Positions 60,601-64,000 of a stretch of DNA of 64,000 nucleotides are shown here, in pieces. The position numbers and the translations under genes were made by a program. The DNA comes from Tubiluchus corallicola (Eukaryota > Animalia > Priapulida). Position 1 is the first letter of the stretch. Each line of letters opens with the position of its first letter. The notes beneath the pieces were generated by a model. That model made no database searches and was not told where the DNA came from. It worked only from the letters and a program-made list of their open reading frames with translations. The DNA is taken from assembly GCA_030141605.1 (NCBI GenBank), contig JAQGDQ010000026.1, positions 496,001-560,000 on the forward strand, written 5' to 3'.

Positions 60601-62827
60601 CAAGCGCAAGACAATTATTTCCGATGCTGTTTTTCTAATTGGGAATGTCAGAGGGTTTTCAAATCAGCAATTAATAAATCGAGGCGTTTGGCCAGGAGAA
60701 AAATCATACTACGTGACTGAAATTCTTAATTAGTTAGTTTACCTAGTTAGCTATCTAGTATAGTATAGTTAGCTAGTTAAATACATAGTGCTCTTACAAT
60801 TTTGGCGCCCATCAAGCTCTGAGCCCTGGCATATCTTATCAATAAAACGAAGTCCTACTTATAATCAATCTAGAGGCTACAACGTTTTTATACACGTTTT
60901 TATGTATGCTTATTGGTATATACCGAGTCATTTTTACATGAGAACTTCATCTCGCACCAATGCTATAATATTGAGTTTAATCTGTCTGACATAGGAATTG
61001 TGTATGATCAATTTAATTTTTTTAAAAGCAAAACTGCTGGTGCGAGAAGTTCTCGTAGCATTTCTAGCCAGAAAATTTGGTGAGACATGTATTTAGGATC
61101 CAATGTTTTGAATGAACGTTTTCAGGAAAAAACGCACAGCTTTCCTAGCCCTACAAGTTTGTTAACTACAATCCCGATTCCAGTCCTATGGCCACTCCAG
61201 AAAAGGGTGTTCTAGGGAGTAAGTAAACGTTCTATATTCACAAAAAGGCCTGTACTGTAAGAATGTCAGTTTTACTGTAGAGACTATACTAATGGTGTGT
61301 CATATGTTTGCCTAATCATCTACGCTAATCGATATCGATTGATGGAAATCGAGCTAAATCGCTAATATTTACATGCACTGCAAAACAGGATGTACCAGTT
61401 TATAGGTATCAGCTAGTGATTGATATATGATGTGACTGCTACATGTTGATGCCAATACAGGCGGGCGTATCCAAGCACAGAATTTGTTTGATATGAGTCC
61501 CCTAAAGTAACAATGCTGCTTTTTTATTTAGAAAACTGTATTCAAGGCAGTTCTATATGTAGCATTTCATTTTTGTTTAAAGATCAACGAGCAAAAATCA
61601 TTAAAAGGCGTTTAAATCATTTTTACAGCAAGTAGGTGTATCACCGTGTCTGGAAATGCTGTTGAAAATTCTTCAGGCTTTAAATAACTACTTCTGCCAA
61701 GTTACCTTCTGGAATCGTGACGGACCGTGTGGTGTTTTTGTAGGACTTAGAAATTTAAGACTTAGTTCGCTACAGTGAAGATGTAAATCAAGGCATGGCC
61801 AATTTGACCTCATTAGCTTGCATGCATGTATGTACTCTTAAATTTGTCATTCTAAGCAAATAGAAATTTATTTACTCTATGTCCACTTTCTACAGAAATG
61901 ACAATAAAAACTTACAAAATACACTAGCAGTATCACGTTTTGCTCCACACGCACAAACAGTATGTGTCATTTCTTCCTGAGTGTAGCCATTATCAATCGA
62001 AAGCGACTGTTACTGATGAATGTAGGATAAAGAAAGTAAGACTTATGAGGTATAATATCACAATTAATTGTCTTGGATAGCTGCGGTAAAGATCATCATG
62101 AAGAATGTAATTGCTAAAATAACTTTCTGGTCAATGTTATAATGCTAAAATCAAATGATACAAATTCATCAGGCAGTAAAAAGTTACAGCCTAAACAATT
62201 TTGTACTCTTCATTACAAGTACAACGGGAGTGTCTCTACACCCAATCTCTACCTCATTCGGTGTTTAGACGTGTCGACGTGCATCAAAGTAAATTGCCAG
62301 TACATAACTCACATACTATTTAAACAGACCTAGATTAGATCATAAGCCTTGCAAACAAACTAATCTTGTTATTGCCTCTAGATTTATATGTAAAGTCTAT
62401 AGTTCAGTTGCACTAATGCCGTATATGGTAGCAACAAAGTTCTAAAATACTAACACTTGTTTTTATGATATATTGCAAAAATGCATGAGTAAATTTGATG
62501 TGTGATTATTAATGCATTTTAAGGTTTATCATCTTGATCAATGCAAATAAGGCCTCGGCTGGCTGGGATCAATTTTATAATGACACTAGTGGCCAGCCAC
62601 TCATTCAGAAGCGGGAGATTTGTGTAAATATGAACTCTGCATGGTAAGGAAATTTCAGGAACTTCAGTAGTGACGTCAAAAGTCGTTTACTGGAAGTAAA
62701 ACTAGGATGAAAGGGTTGATATTCAGAACAAATTCTGATGCTGGCTTTAAGCGATTTTACTAACACTGCAGTATGATATTTTTCTACTGAAATCCTTAAA
62801 CGCCATCTAAAAGTGGTTTTTAAAGTA

Positions 62828-63023
62828 CCGTAAAAATAGGAACAACTGATTTTTACATTCAAACTGCCGTAAGTTTTTTGTTAGTTTTTATTCTAAATTG
62901 CGTTTGCTAGTTATATTGCCACAACACACAATCTATCTTTCGAAGATATTGTTCTTAAGATAAAAAAATCGTACAAAGTTTTTTATTAAAAAACCAATGT
63001 CCCCCATTCACCCCGTTTTACGG
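62828..63023. mobile_element. Possible TA-flanked Tc1/mariner-pogo-type MITE
   Basis: TA|CCGTAAAA at the left end and TTTTACGG|TA at the right end; the TIR decays further in. Confidence 0.45.
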
Positions 63024-64000
63024 TATATACTTTAGGTATCTAAATAATGCTAGTATGCTACCTTTACAAAAGATAAAAAATGAGAAGATGGGCTCAGAAA
63101 AAGAGAAATAGCAGAGCTTTACCTACGATCAACTAAGATCGGAATGTAGAAGAATTCATTTAACTAACGGGAAGGATTTGTGAGAGTATATAAAGCATTG
63201 CAAAACACGTAACCGTATAAAAACAAGGGCTTAGCTAAGTCTATTTTGGTTTTTCAACTTTCTACTTCTTTCAATACATTTTCAGCCAGCCCAGCATGTT
63301 GATGAAACACGCGAATCTATGCTGGCGACTTTTTACTTCATCCGTCCGGCGCAGTGTGATTTATTACTGGAGCTGCTCCCTGGTATTTCCATCAGTTACT
63401 GTAACAACCTACAGCATTTTATTTTCGCTCATTCTCTCCGGACGTGCCAATGCATTTAGTTTAGCCCCTCGAATTCATTAGTGCATTATAATAAAATGCA
63501 TTTTTTCGTCTGTTTGTTTGATGGCGATTATCTCAGTTTATCTGTCCACTGTCAATGTCACTCGCCCCTGCAAATTTTTTAGATATCCAGACACAATAGA
63601 GTGTGGTACGTCATTAGTCTAGGTAATTTACACGGAACAATAAACTTTAAGCTGGCTAAGTTGGCGCTATATGATGGAAACGCAGATACTATCTCGGCAC
63701 AGAATAAGTCTGTACTTTTCTGTAAGGGATCGCTTCGTGCAGGGCCAGTGAGTGATTTAGATTCGTTATCTACAGCAGAACGCAAAGTACAGTAAACCAA
63801 TGCTATTAGCCGTGGCCTGCACACTATCTCGATACCTTGGTCATGCAGAAATACAAGCTATAGTTACATTACTACAACATACGATGATGTGAAGGTAACC
63901 ACGTAGGCATTAAACCATGTAGTAACCAGAAAACTGGATTTAATCTCATGATATTAGGCTTTTCAACCATTCCTTTGACGGTGAGATCTGGTTGCTAAGT

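Overview
AT-rich eukaryotic DNA with GT-AG introns, most likely from an invertebrate animal. Two protein-coding genes face each other tail to tail in the first 17 kb. (1) A + strand zinc transporter ZnT7/SLC30A7, with 10 coding exons traced by hand from 1764 to 9062; the first exon is uncertain. (2) A - strand, uninterrupted 1484-aa ORF (11622-16076) encoding about 25 ankyrin repeats fused to a C-terminal Mab-21/cGAS-like nucleotidyltransferase with an intact catalytic triad, i.e. an ANK-cGLR candidate innate-immune receptor/enzyme. This is the most interesting object in the window. It appears to have a 5'-UTR intron, uORFs, and a nested MITE/solo-LTR just upstream. The remaining ~47 kb contains no recognisable coding exon. 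It holds several non-autonomous transposons (hAT-like, TA-flanked, and a Ginger-like element with TGT..ACA ends), a tRNA-derived SINE-like head and many microsatellites. All calls are by eye; no database searches were run.
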